Shown here piece by piece: positions 11,533 through 24,300 of a stretch of DNA of 64,000 nt. The notes beneath the pieces are model-generated. The model did no database searches. It saw nothing but the letters and a program-made list of their open reading frames with translations, and was not told the DNA's origin. Position 1 is the stretch's first letter. Every line of letters begins with the position of its first letter. The translations under genes were made by a program, and so were the position numbers. This stretch comes from Fistulifera solaris (Eukaryota): the NCBI GenBank assembly GCA_030295235.1, contig AP026149.1, positions 682,001-746,000 of the forward strand. The letters are read 5' to 3'.

Positions 11533-12266
11533 TTGAAATCTTCCCTTCGAGACTATCCAAAGCTTGCAAGAACCATGATGCAAATAACCTTTTTCCGGGT
11601 TTGGTTCATGAGCGGACTATCCACAGTGCTTCTTCCACTAGTGGTGTTTTCCGCAGCCCGCCTTGCGAATACACAAACGCAAGAGGAAATGCAGCAAGAA
11701 GCCTTGAACGCCGAGTATTACGGACCATGCAAATGGTATCAATTCCGTTGCAAGCGCAACAATGGATGGTATTACCAAGGAGAACAACACAATGAAGCCA
11801 ATCGACGAGAAGAGAATGCGGCTCCTTGGTGGTGGTTGGGCAGGGAACGAAGACCGGAAGATCGGGCCAATCCGGCTCTCATCTTTACCTACTTGTGGAG
11901 TTTGCTGGTATTTGCGTTCATTTTACATTACGGGTACAACTCCATTCGAGACAAACAGGAGCATATTGCCATCACAGCACTCGCTGTTTTTGCCAACTTG
12001 AGCTTTATTATTATGGTACTGCTGCAAGGACTGGAAGGTGTCGTTGAAGTGGATGGGCCGCAATCGGAAGAAAATGGGTTTTGTGGACAAGTTGGAGTTC
12101 TCATGTTCCTCACTTATTTCTTTTGGATGATCTTTTCTCTTGTGTTCATGTGGACCATCCGTCAGAAAAAAGAGACGAAAACACAACTCTCATTGAGGTG
12201 GAGCCGTACGACTACCGTGCATCGAGCGACGATCCAGAAGACCAGCCACAGAAACCCATTGCTTAA
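11533..12266 (+). CDS. Uncharacterised multi-pass membrane protein (~4 TM); both ends uncertain (probable frameshift in A run ~12166-12171)
   Basis: Four hydrophobic segments; Q/N/E-rich loop with CKWYQFRC and APWWW; alternative-frame C-terminus RDENTTLIEVEPYDY...PIA stops at 12266 (uncorrected ORF stops at 12303). Confidence 0.6.
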
Positions 12267-12340
12267 TGAACGCACGGCGCAATCGGTGCGATGTCAGCTT
12301 TAATAATTTCATTTGTACATATTATTTTGACGTATGAATA

Positions 12341-15300
12341 CTATTTTGTATCCGCCTGGTCACTTCTATCTTTGTATTCCCCTTTGGCAGAGCTCAACGA
12401 ACGGAACGAAAACCGTTTCCTGCGATTCTCTTGAAGATTGGAGCTATTTTGATTAGTGTCCCCTTCCAATGCATCCTTCTGATCGAGACGTTGTTTCAGC
12501 CAAGCCACTTCTTCGCGCAATTTTGCCACTTCTTCTAGAGAGGAATCTAACGCTGATTTCTTTCGCAACTCATCCTTAAGTTCCCTTAGTTCTTGTCGTA
12601 ATGCCGTAAAATCTTGCAATCTGCTTTGGGTTAATTCTCTCTCCCGCATCATGGTTTGCTCGGCACTGAAACTGAGAAGCTGCTCCATCAATGATTCCAT
12701 ACGACCCATACGATCAGCTTGATTGATAGGCGTAGATGTAGGACCGAATTCTCGCCGTTGGGTACTCGGTGAAGCGGAGACACGTTCGGCTGATACTGCG
12801 TCAGATAAATCATCAGTAACCCTTTTTCTCTTTTCGATGACTACCATGAGACTCGACCGAACCGGAGCTAGTGATGGTAGGAATATCCTCATTCGCCGTC
12901 GCGAATGAGGCTCCAAGGACTGAATACTCGTACATGAACCTTCTGAAACGCTAGAAATGCGATTACTGCATCGGCCTGGGATAAACTTCGTGGGTATCAT
13001 GATAGAGTCGCTCAATTTCAACCGTTCGCTAGTGTCGCCTTCGTTTTGAATACTGGTACATGAAGCCAACTTGCCCAACATGGTTTCGTCCTGATCATTG
13101 ATTTGATCGAAAGTAGCTCGAGCTGAGGAAAAAAGATCCACATTTGATCCAAAGTCTCCACTCTTTTCTGATTCGGTACTATCAGAAAGGCTTTGCATAT
13201 CAACGTCTTCATCGTCTTTATTCTCGAGCGAGAGCGCCCAAGCTCTGGCTTGAATAAGCCATGTCGCGCCGCCTACTTCCGCAGATGCACGGAGACATGT
13301 TGCGTCGTCCATGCTCTGTCTTTCTCTGGCAACGGCTTCCTGTTGTTGTGAAGCAGGCAAATTGGAGTAGGTCTCGAATAAACTATCACTGACCCAAGGA
13401 AGATTTTCCAACACTTTAGGTAGTTCGTGTTCGCCAGTGTTTGATGTCAGAGAATCTGGACTGAAACGATAGATACCGAAGACAGTGTACCCCTCCTGAG
13501 ATCGATGACCGTGAAAGCCGATATCCGGATCACGCATGATTGAGTCGAAATTGCCGAGAACGCAGCACAAAGCATTGTGTAGTCTACCAAGTTGTCTGCG
13601 AAATTGGTATTCTGCAAGAATAGAAAAACATTCGACGACTTCCCCTTCGGTGTCCATTTTCGTATAATGGTCGAAGTCATTAGCGGTGTCCGCACGAAGT
13701 TCCTCGTTTTCCACCTCATTCTCGTCATCGCTTTCGCCGTCAATATTCTCGTCTTCCTGTCTGTCCGGGTATATTTGCGATTCTGCCTCTAACTCGTTCT
13801 TTGCTATATTGTCATCGTCCATCGAAAAGAGTGGTCTTGTCCTTCTCCTAATTTTACTCTGGAATCTCATCAGGTCCGGAGAAGAAAACACTTTCCGAGG
13901 GGGCCTTAGGCCGCCGTAATGAGCTTGGTTGGGCTTCTGCGATTTGACCTTGATTGTGAAGGCGACGCCACTATGACCATGGTCTACGACTTCAGATGAA
14001 ATGTTCGGTTTTTCGTCAAGGAGCAGTTCCCAGTATAAGAGTGGAGTTGATCGGTCAGATTGTCCTTTCTTCAGTTTCAACAAAAGGATTCGGGCATTCG
14101 TTATTATGGCATAAGTAGCATCATTATCAGAGTCAGGGAGGACTTCTACATGCACTACGAACTCACACGGAATCGGTATCGACCACCTTCGCTGTCTCAA
14201 GGGATATCTCTTGATCAAAGCATCGGCGTGCGAAACCGATGACTCATAATGCATTAAGATATTCATGAAACCAAAAGCGTAAGCTAGCCTGACTCTCATA
14301 GCGGGTTGAAAACGCTTCTCCAAGATATTGACACTCCGGGCTATGTCGTGAACCGAGGCAGAGATATGAACTATGGCATCGAGGATACCAACAATAGGAC
14401 GAGCCACAACACCCGTCACTCCAACAGCTAGCCCCGACAAAAGTCCCGGTACGCCGCGTTCGCGCAGTCCATCAATCGGCGCAAAAAAAAAGTAAAAAAT
14501 TGCGCCACCAAATCCTCCCAAAATATCCTGAATAGGCCTGAACAATGTCGAACCGACTTCGTTTACTCCCCGTTTCTTCCACTGACGTTGAATATTGGTA
14601 GCCTCGACAATAACACTTTCGCGATGCCAGTCGCTGAATTTGCTATCAAGTGACAAGTTCGCGGCAAACTGTGACGCAGCTGCGGACACTTTCGTGCAAA
14701 AAGCGAAGAATCCGCTAGTGCTATGTGAGAAGAAAGAGAGCGTTCCTTTGGCGACACCGACTCCAACACTAGAGGGGTCTGTTGGGGATTGAAGAAACGC
14801 GGACGAAGGTGCCAGAAACAAATCTTTGAATCCGGCAAAGACAGAAGAAAGCAACATAGTTGGGTTGCCTACGAAGTCTAGAGATCCGATGATTTTGTAA
14901 ATTTGCTTCATGGTCTCCTCATGATAAAACTTCCGAATATTGCTGAGCATTTGCGATGGGCTTTCGAAAAGATGGTAACTAATTTTCTCTTGCAATCGAA
15001 TGGGGGCGTCAGAAACATTTGGAAAAAGCGATGCTAGGAGTTTCGGTAAATTTTGGAGACTTTTGTCTACGCGAATAGGTGAGTCACAGCGGGAGCGTGG
15101 CAAAATAAACATTCCCCTTACCTTGCTCGAATTTGTCTTCGCTGGATGTTTTGTGACTCCACTTCAGTAGCATATCAGAGGAAGCATGTTGGGAGAACCG
15201 ATGAACTGCATCCTCTATGTGTTTGTAGAAAAATTCAGCGGGTCTTTGCGTCAGCTCCCACGTGTTGCGTCTTCCTTTCACGTACGACAAATTGAACTTA

Positions 15301-18300
15301 ATAGCACTCAACATGAACACCTGGACGTAAATTCTCTGCGATTCTTGTGACGTACTGAACCCATTTCTTAACAACCAAAGAAGAGGAGGCTCGTAGGTTT
15401 GATTACCGAAGCTGTCGCCTATATTCTCAACATTAGTCTCGAATGTGTTTGTAGCTTGCAATGCATTGCGCAATTTTAGAGAGTAGAATAAGATAAGCAA
15501 ATCGCAAACAAGCTGTTCTTCGATGGTCACATCGAATTCTGCTATTGACACGTCAATAAGTTCGAACGAAACGACTTCGACAGAGCGTAAATTGTCTTTC
15601 ACCGCGAAAATTTGCGCTACCGGGCGAAGAAAATCATTAGGTGTCGGTGCCAAAGCGATCGCTTCTCGTGCGTTGGCTGCCTGGTTATCGATCTGCGCCC
15701 AGGATGCAGACAAGCACAGGCGGCTTTTTGCGGCAGTAATCCAATATCTTCCGTCGATATCCATGATGGTGAATGATAGTAGTTCCATTGACCTTTCAGA
15801 GTCAATGAGGGCAGCTGATAGGCGTGGAACGTCAACTTTCACATAGAAACTGATCGGTGACGCCCCAGTGCACATGATCCTTTGTTTTGGCGTTAAGTAC
15901 TTTCCACCGCTTCCGTCTTCTGTCCAAGAGATGGCTAATTGAATACGCGGTCTGTAGATATCCCTGAATTTGGTCTCATCAGGTTGTTCGCTTTCTGGGG
16001 GTTGTGGAATTATACCCCCTCTTCCTTCGACAGGGGCGGCTTCTTCTGGGCTTAAAAGAGGAAACCAACGTTCATATACCGGCGAGCCATTTCCGCTTTC
16101 TTTGACGCAGGCTGCCACTAATTTAGCAAGCGGTAAGTAGACTACACCAATTTCTGCTTTCCCCTGCAATTGCTGTTGTCTTCTTTCTCCCACAACGCTT
16201 AGTCGGATCCACCCATTATTTTCTTGGGGGTCTACGCGAATTCGGACGTCGTTCGCAAAATTATTCGCTGACTTATTGGCCGTGTTTCTGGCAGAAGACT
16301 GGTCAGAGTCAGAATCGATGAAAGAATCAGACCAAACAGGGGCAACTCGTGCATCAACTGTGTTGGTAAAAGTAACCTGTTGTCCGAAGCGAACTTTGAC
16401 AAGCATGCCAGTGTATAACGCACTGGTTAAGTTTAATGCCTGGATCGGTCGAATCGTTAAAAAACCTCCTTCATTCAAAATTGTGGAATAAGACCTTTTG
16501 GTAGCATTCTCAAAGCTCTCCCTTGATTTCCGGAATCCCGCGGCTCGTTTTTCAAGAGAACACATGATCTGAGACGGTAAGCAGTTACGCGAACCCAGCT
16601 TTTCTGAGATAGGGTCGATAGCAGCTGCCGCAGTCTTTGCTGGCAAACACGTAGGTTTGAGAGACACACTGAAATTCGAACCATCGAAAGTATAAGTAAA
16701 ACCATCATCATTGAAAAGATGTTGTGCCATGGTCCAAGATCTTATTGAAGATATCTTTACTTTCGTTCCCTCCACATTGCCGCGACATAAAATATCTCGG
16801 TCTGTTCTAGTTTTGCTGTGTTGCGCTTTCAATTCTTGTCGTTGGTCTTTAATTTTATTTTCAACAATGTGTGTCAGAAGTGGCATTGTGAATGATCCAA
16901 CGCGAATGGAATGAAAGTCTGAACTCGATGAGTATTTCAGAATGATGCCTCGTTCTTTTGAAAGTTCTTTCAGGTGGTCTGGGGCCAGGTTGGTGTCTAC
17001 GCTCGATCGCAAGGGTTTCATTAAAGTTTTCATCACCTCTCCGCTACGCTGTGCAATGAGGCCATTTGCACCAATTAAATTCGGTTTTGGCAATGACAAA
17101 GGGTTTCCAAATTCGTTTCCAATGGTCGCGTTCTTTTCGTCTCTGCATTGTTTAGATTGCTCAAGTAGTCCCTCTTTTCGTTGTTGCAATTCGACCAGTC
17201 TTTTTTCGGACAGCAATGTATAATACTGGAGAAGGCCCGGGATTGAGTGAATCCATTGCGCGCGCAAACGAATCGACTGTGATCTTTGGCTCTCTAACTC
17301 CCTTCGCCCAGTTCTTCCAGCCAATGGAAACCATCCAACTAAAGGTTCTTGATTGCGGAGACAATGCAACTCTATTTGCGCCTTACCGAGTATGATGTGA
17401 CGGCCAAATCTTCGGTAATTTCTTACCACAATATTTAGAGTGTGGTCCCTTGGACTATCAACTGCCTCCTGTGGAACATCGAAAACGAACGTTTGCCCAT
17501 CCCATGTAGGTGATAACGATTTGCGAACATAATATGTACGTTTCGAGTCAGTTCTCTTCATAAGAGAGCGCCGAAAAGATCTGCTATGTTTCATTTTGAT
17601 CTCAACATAAGCGTTACAGTCACCGACAAAGGAGTCAGAACACAAACCGCTTGATTCAAGAATCTCCACCAAGACTTGATGCCTTCTCGTGACGGTGGAC
17701 AATTCGAATGTATTTGACATCAATTTATTTGCTTCCTCAGCGATGGCATTGATTGATGAACCCTGGTCATTGGTTCCTTCGCTGCAGGTACTTCTGGACA
17801 TTAGATTGTCGTTCAACGCGACAAGAGAGAGGGATCGCTTGGATTCTTCTTCTATTGCTTCCTCCAGCAACACCATGCAATCCTTCCGCAGCAACTGGGG
17901 GTCACCTTCTTGAAAATGGTCGCGAGTAATAAGCACTCGCGTTATTCCAATGACGTCAACTTCAAACTCTAGTGTCCTTGGAGACCTTAGGCGTTTGTCT
18001 TGCCAATGAAGTATATCACGCGAGCCTATTTCTTCGAGTTGCACGCTGATTGTTTGAGAGAAATAAGCATCCTCTTCGCTTTTTATTGCCTTGTTGTTAA
18101 CCATGTTTTTCTGTACGGAAATCTTGCTTTGTTCGTGGTCTTTATCATTAAACCGATATGATAATGCTGGTGCGACTCGAACACTTAAGCGCTTAGGTTT
18201 TAACGGCTCTTGCCACGCGTAGCTACAACTCTCCCCGGGTTTTAAGGAATACCATGAATGAAATGTACAGCTTTTCTGGCGAAAGTAAATTGTAGTTGTA

Positions 18301-21300
18301 AAAGTCTGGTTGCGAATAGAGAAAGGGGGGTTGTCTTCAGGACGGAGAACTACGAACATCATATGATGGGTGTTCTTCAGTTCTACACGAGCGTAGGTGA
18401 TAGGGGTAACAGGAATTGCCCCCGTACCTTCGTTTCGAGTGGAGTCGATGGCAAGCGAAAGCGATGTACTTGCATGGGTTATGGCACTGGCCTTCGCAGC
18501 TTTCATACGAACGCGCCTCACACTCTCTTCCATCGTCCGGAAAACCAATTCAAGGGGGCGACAAGTGGAGCGCAAGCTTTGGGATTCTCGAGCAGCCATC
18601 GTCCCACCTAGTCGCAACGATGCCCGCCGTCTGGCAGCGCGTCCTATATCTTGGCTTCGCAGCTCATTGAGCCTAAATCTTAGGATTTCCATTGTTTCTG
18701 CAAAAGTTTGCCGAGTCACTGGGATTCCATCAATTTTCAGCAGCTCGTCGCCTACATGAATATCGGTTTCGTAAAAAAGCAAATGATGGTTTCTTGACGC
18801 CCTTCACTATCAATTTTCTGTTGTTTCCCCATTCGGACTCAAACCATACACCAAGTTCGCCAGTAAATCCTTGGACATTAGGCGCGAGATTTACCTGATA
18901 TTCGGGCGATGCTCTCGTTGTGATATGACGGATCGTTTTAAGGTCGACATATCGCTTGATTGGTAAAACACTCTCTCCCTCTACGTCCACTGAAACACTT
19001 GCGGTCAATCTATAAGATACTCCGAAATCAAAACGAATAACTCTGTCTCCGCGTGTGTCGGGTAGCACAAAGGGTGCCAGATCAGAAGAGTCTAATGTCT
19101 TAATGTAGGTCGCCGACTGGCTGGCAGTAGTCACAAGGGGCATTTTACCCTTTAAATCGTTGTCCAATACGGCTTCTTTCCCCCATAAATTTTCATATAT
19201 GTTGTTTTTCTCGGAGGAGCTCTGTTTCAACCTCCACTTAGTTTCGCCTTGTGCACCCGCACTAAGAGAAGAAAGCGGATGGAAGATCGAATTGTCCTGC
19301 CAAAGCCTAACCGGGCACCCAAGCATGTTCACGAACACATAACGGGGGAGAATGCGAACAATCCTGGTATAACTTGACAATATACCCGGTGCTAAGTGTA
19401 CAACAACGGTGACATCTAGAAATCGTCCATCCTTGCAATGCATACTTTGTGTGTGTGTGAGTGAAGTTTGAGCCGGTAGATGTTCACAAGGGACGAAACT
19501 TACTTGGCGAATTGAGTTATACCAACCGACTCTAAAGTCAAACCTTTCGACCAGTCCGACTGATAACTTAACGAGCCCGTTCCGTCTTTAAGCTGGATAC
19601 ATAAACGCTGAGCCGCAATGCCAAGTCCTTCTGGAAAGTTAAACATGAACGCTAACTCCCACAGTTTAGTTAAAGATAGCTCGGCATCGAGTAGCCCGGC
19701 TATTTCGTTCTTCGGAAGACCGGTTTCTCCAGATATCGATGCCAGAGCTCCGGGAGTACCAGCAAATAGGGGCCTCTTTTCTTTGATATCGTCCGTAAGA
19801 GCAGCACTCTGGGTATTGCTTCCGCTTCTTCCGTACCCAATATTGGACATCAATTTGGATCCGTCGCGGTTTGGACTGTGGACGGTGCCGCTTACGAAAA
19901 GTTTACTGTTTTCCTGCTTATAACGAAGTGGAAGTTCGGTAGTGTTGACGACCCAAAAGGGCAGTACACCGAAATCCGTCGTTGGCCGCCTCCTCCGCGA
20001 ATGTTTTCTATCTGTAATCTAAGCTTTTGACCTAAACTGTCGACTACGGTAGCCCCATCGGCGACATCCTCAGGAGAATAGGAAGAAGAATCTACGCGAT
20101 ATGTCTTTCCATCAGCAGCTACCCCAGACAAAAATTGACAATGAAATGACTGAGAAGCTTCCCATGCTGAGGATTCAAAACACGAAAAACTTACCTCCTT
20201 GGCTATCGTTGGTGTTGCCGATACGGACTCGTTTCTGTTTCGACGACGTTCGTTCTTTTAAATGAGGATTTTGAGCTTTGAAGATCTTGTTTTGAGCTCG
20301 CTTGTCGGGGCTGTCTCCGATTGAGGTCAAGGTTTTGCCGATTTGTTTCGTGACAGCTTTGCCTGCTTTCCCGATCGACTTCAGTCCTACCAAATTCTCT
20401 GCAAATGAAGGTGTGAGTTAAGCGCAACATTTGATTACGTAGCATTTTGAGACCTCTCTGCCCACATGCGAAACTTCCGACAAACATACCTCGTAGTCTA
20501 GCATTATGATCTGCACCATGATGAACCAGCGCACCTTCTCCAACCGGGGTCCTGCAAAACCCCAAATTGATGTAGAGCATCAAAGGAGAATCAAGACCCA
20601 ATGAGTGCACAGAGACTTCTTCTCCGGGTTCAACATCTTTAAACCACAGAACTTTTTTTATGGACAGCGTGCATTAACTCAAATCTCCCAATCTTCGGCA
20701 GAAGATTAACGACGACAAAGGGCGGATGAATGGATAGACTATACAAGACAGGTCCATGCACCAAACCCTTGCGATGCTTGTCCACAGTCGCAGCTGTCCC
20801 AACTATTGGACTTCGCCCAACTTCAACAGCGTAACAGAATGGCGCAATACGATCACCACCTTGCACGAGGGGGGCAAGCGAGGTGGACGGCTGTTTTCGC
20901 GTCATCTGGGGATACTTCGTTTCCACGACATTTTTCAAATATAGCGGCCGATTCTTCCACTAATTTTGATAAATGCACAGCGCGCGAGCTGAAATGGACT
21001 TCAAAATGTTACCCTCACTTGATTCGGTTTCGACGAACGAGCCAGCACCGCTCGGAACGTTATCCGGTTTGATCCACAAAGAGCCCGTACTGCCGGTGCA
21101 AATACTATCTCGATTCAAAGCATCAAGTAAGACAAGAGTAGGAACGTTAAAAGCATCACCCGGCTGGACCAGCTGACTTTCATTCACGAGATTCTCGCCG
21201 GCAATTTCTTCAAAATGGGGTGAAGCATTAGGGTTCGGATGACAGATTACTCTGATAGAATGCGATGTTTTATTCACCACCTCAAAAAGCGATCGAATGA

Positions 21301-24300
21301 CCACTTGTCGCCCTCCTTTCTCGAAATCTATTTCAACGAGCACCTGCATTAAATTATGCAGTCTCCAATCGTCGCGGAGACGTCGTTGTAGGGCCACTTC
21401 TTTCGGTTCAATAGCAGCGAAACGTCTTCCAAACGAGTCGACACTAAGACCGCGGATCCAAGAACATCCAGGTAACTGGATGTCAACAAGATGCGGAACC
21501 ACTTCTTCGCTGGCTTCGTTAAAGCCAGGGTATTTAACTTCTTTTATGACCAGATTTTGAACGGACGACACAGACGCTTCAAAAGATAACTTAACGACAC
21601 TGCTGTGATCGAGATACGTCAAGATCGGTGAAGGCCCAATATCTTCGCGTAACGACTCGTATCTATAGAAACGAATTCGCTGTCCTGTCATGTTTTTCAA
21701 TGAAAAGGCGACCCTCTCGGGAACGTCACTATGATTGAATTTCCTATGGGTCACGGAAAGGCCTTCGACAACATCGCTAAGCATACTGCAAGCTTTCATT
21801 GTCTCTTGTCTCATACTAGCTGTTGTATCCGAAATCGGTGGCCGAGTTACTCCGAGAACATTTCGGAGTTGCTGTTTGTAGAGCTCCAAAACCTGACTAA
21901 CAATCACAAGAAAAGCACTCGAAATGTTAGCGTGCAAGGGGCTGTCAGAGGACAACGTTAGTCCGCCACCTCGCAATCTCGACTTTTTCCACAACAAACA
22001 AAACTTAAAAGCTTCAAGAAGAGGTTCCCAACTCCTTGTTGAGCCTAGCTTGAAGTAATCCGCCCAGAAAAGGCCATCAACGATGACCTGTAATTCATTC
22101 AGAGCGCTCCTATCCTTTGGTGATCGGTCGTGTGCGTCGAATTGAGAGATTGTTGCTTTCATCGACGATAACGACAACACAAAAATAGGAAGGTGAATCC
22201 CTAGTATTGGATCAAGCAGAAAGAATCGAATATCACTTATCCGAGCTACCAAAGAAAATGTCGACCCAATCGTTTCAGGTAGGTTTTCTGTGGTTGTCTC
22301 CTCACTAGCATTAAATAATCCCAAAACCGTGGAAGCCACTGACGGCAAGACTTCAAGCACACACGTCAACTCACAAACTCTGGGCCCTAAGTGTCGAGAT
22401 GGCTGATCTGCGGGCTGGCACACAAATGGATCTGTTATTATTGTCGGTGCGACAGCTAGTCGGGGATACACCACACTGCAAGCCATTGGGTCAGTCAATG
22501 GCATTTGTATTGAGTAGTCCGTGTGGTTCGATTCAATTTTGTGATTAACCAGCACGCCGAATGTTAAATCCTCGATCAACTTTTGTTCCGAATTGATACC
22601 TACTTGAAACTTTAATGAAAGTCCCCCCGAAACAACCTCTTGGCTTGAGAATTCCACTGTTGACGTACTATGAAACCACAACCCACCATCGCCTTGAGCT
22701 ATCAAATTGCCTGATGGGGTACATGGGATCGAAATAAGCGGCGATGTCATCCATAACCGAAAGTCTGTTCCTTTGCAGACATCTGACGGGCGCGACAAGT
22801 TTACAGACATTTCAGACGATCCCATCAATGACTTTTTCAAGTCCTCAACAACTCTAGCAGCCTCAAACGAAGGATTACCATGTTTGTCATTTGTTCCGAA
22901 TGCAGTTGCAAATTCCAATAGTCGGTGGACAGTCCCAAAATCTGAGAGAACTAGCCTAGAGGAATCCATGCCTACGTTAATCATGGACCAAGAAGGCGTA
23001 AGAAAAACGCTTGCTTGGAAAGGTTGTGCCAGCTTGGTAGACAGAGATCGATAGTCTTCCCTCAACCCGAACAGCATGTCTGCCCAGGGTTTGGGCTGCT
23101 TATCACCAGCAACCACAAGAAAGTCATGATAACTGCAGTTCTCGTCATTTAGCGTCAAGACTTTACTAGCGACACCACATCTTGCGACACCCGCCTCATC
23201 TATCGTCAATTGTAGAACAGCATCTTTGATGTACAAAGTAGAACCCGGAGAATCCCCAATAAGTCTGCCGTCATCATCATGACAGTCAAAAGACATTCGA
23301 AGAGAAAGCTCATCGTAAACGAGACAGAACTCACTTCTTAGTCTAGCAGGATTCATCAATATATTCTTCCATTCCTCAGTTCCGAGTTCAGGAAAATGAC
23401 GGGCTTTTACTGGTAGCTCAGAGAACGCCTTCACATCGAGCGGTGGATAAGGAAACATGTACGGGAGTTCCTGCATATTGCTGTACCAAATTGACAGAAG
23501 CAAATTAAATTGTGAATTGCGCGTTTCCAGCGAAACAAGTCCCGTTTCGTGGCCAGGGTTAGTCAGCAGTATACGAAGGTGCGGGGCCCGGTCAATGACA
23601 ACATCGACAGCAATAGGTATTACAGACATCTCACGCCACAATCGAGAGTTGCATTCATCAGCTTCTTCCTGACCTATGATATTTTTGGTTGTGCCACGCA
23701 CAAACACATTTTGTTGGGCGAAGCGCGCCCTCCTTTTCGTAAATGTGGTGAAAAGCGGGTTGACCAGTAGAGTCGCTTCTGACTTCCGAAAGAGTAGAAA
23801 AAATTCGGGCCCCGCGAACTTCGATTTTTGTTCTTGTGACTCCACACCCATCTTCATTCTTTCCGACGGGATTCAAGTGTAATTCAGAGAGTCCGTCGGG
23901 CATAGAAAAAGGATGAGTCGACATTAGACTGACAAATAGTGATTGTCTCGATTTCGATTGCTATCATGTCGGCACTAATACTTGATCTGGGTAGAAGGAA
24001 TGACGATTCTTCGAGATCCACGCGGAATGACAGCGACGACGACCCGGACGAAGCCGCAGAATCGACACAGCCCCCATTAGCTTGGAAAATAGGAAACGCG
24101 CCGTACATGGGAGAGAGCATAACCTGACGAAATTCTTCAAAATATTTTTGCAGTAAAACAATCTGCATGTAGGAAAGTGTCACAAGAGTATGGCTGCCCG
24201 ATGTTCGTAAGGAAAAAGGAAGAATACGCTTTCTTTCGGAAATACCATCTCCCGCTAAAGTAGAGACAATCACTGGGTGCACCTCACTGCCAGGCGATAG

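Noticed and set aside
19447..19460. (TG)n run inside VPS13
   Set aside because: Short dinucleotide run in or next to a predicted small intron; nothing suggests function.
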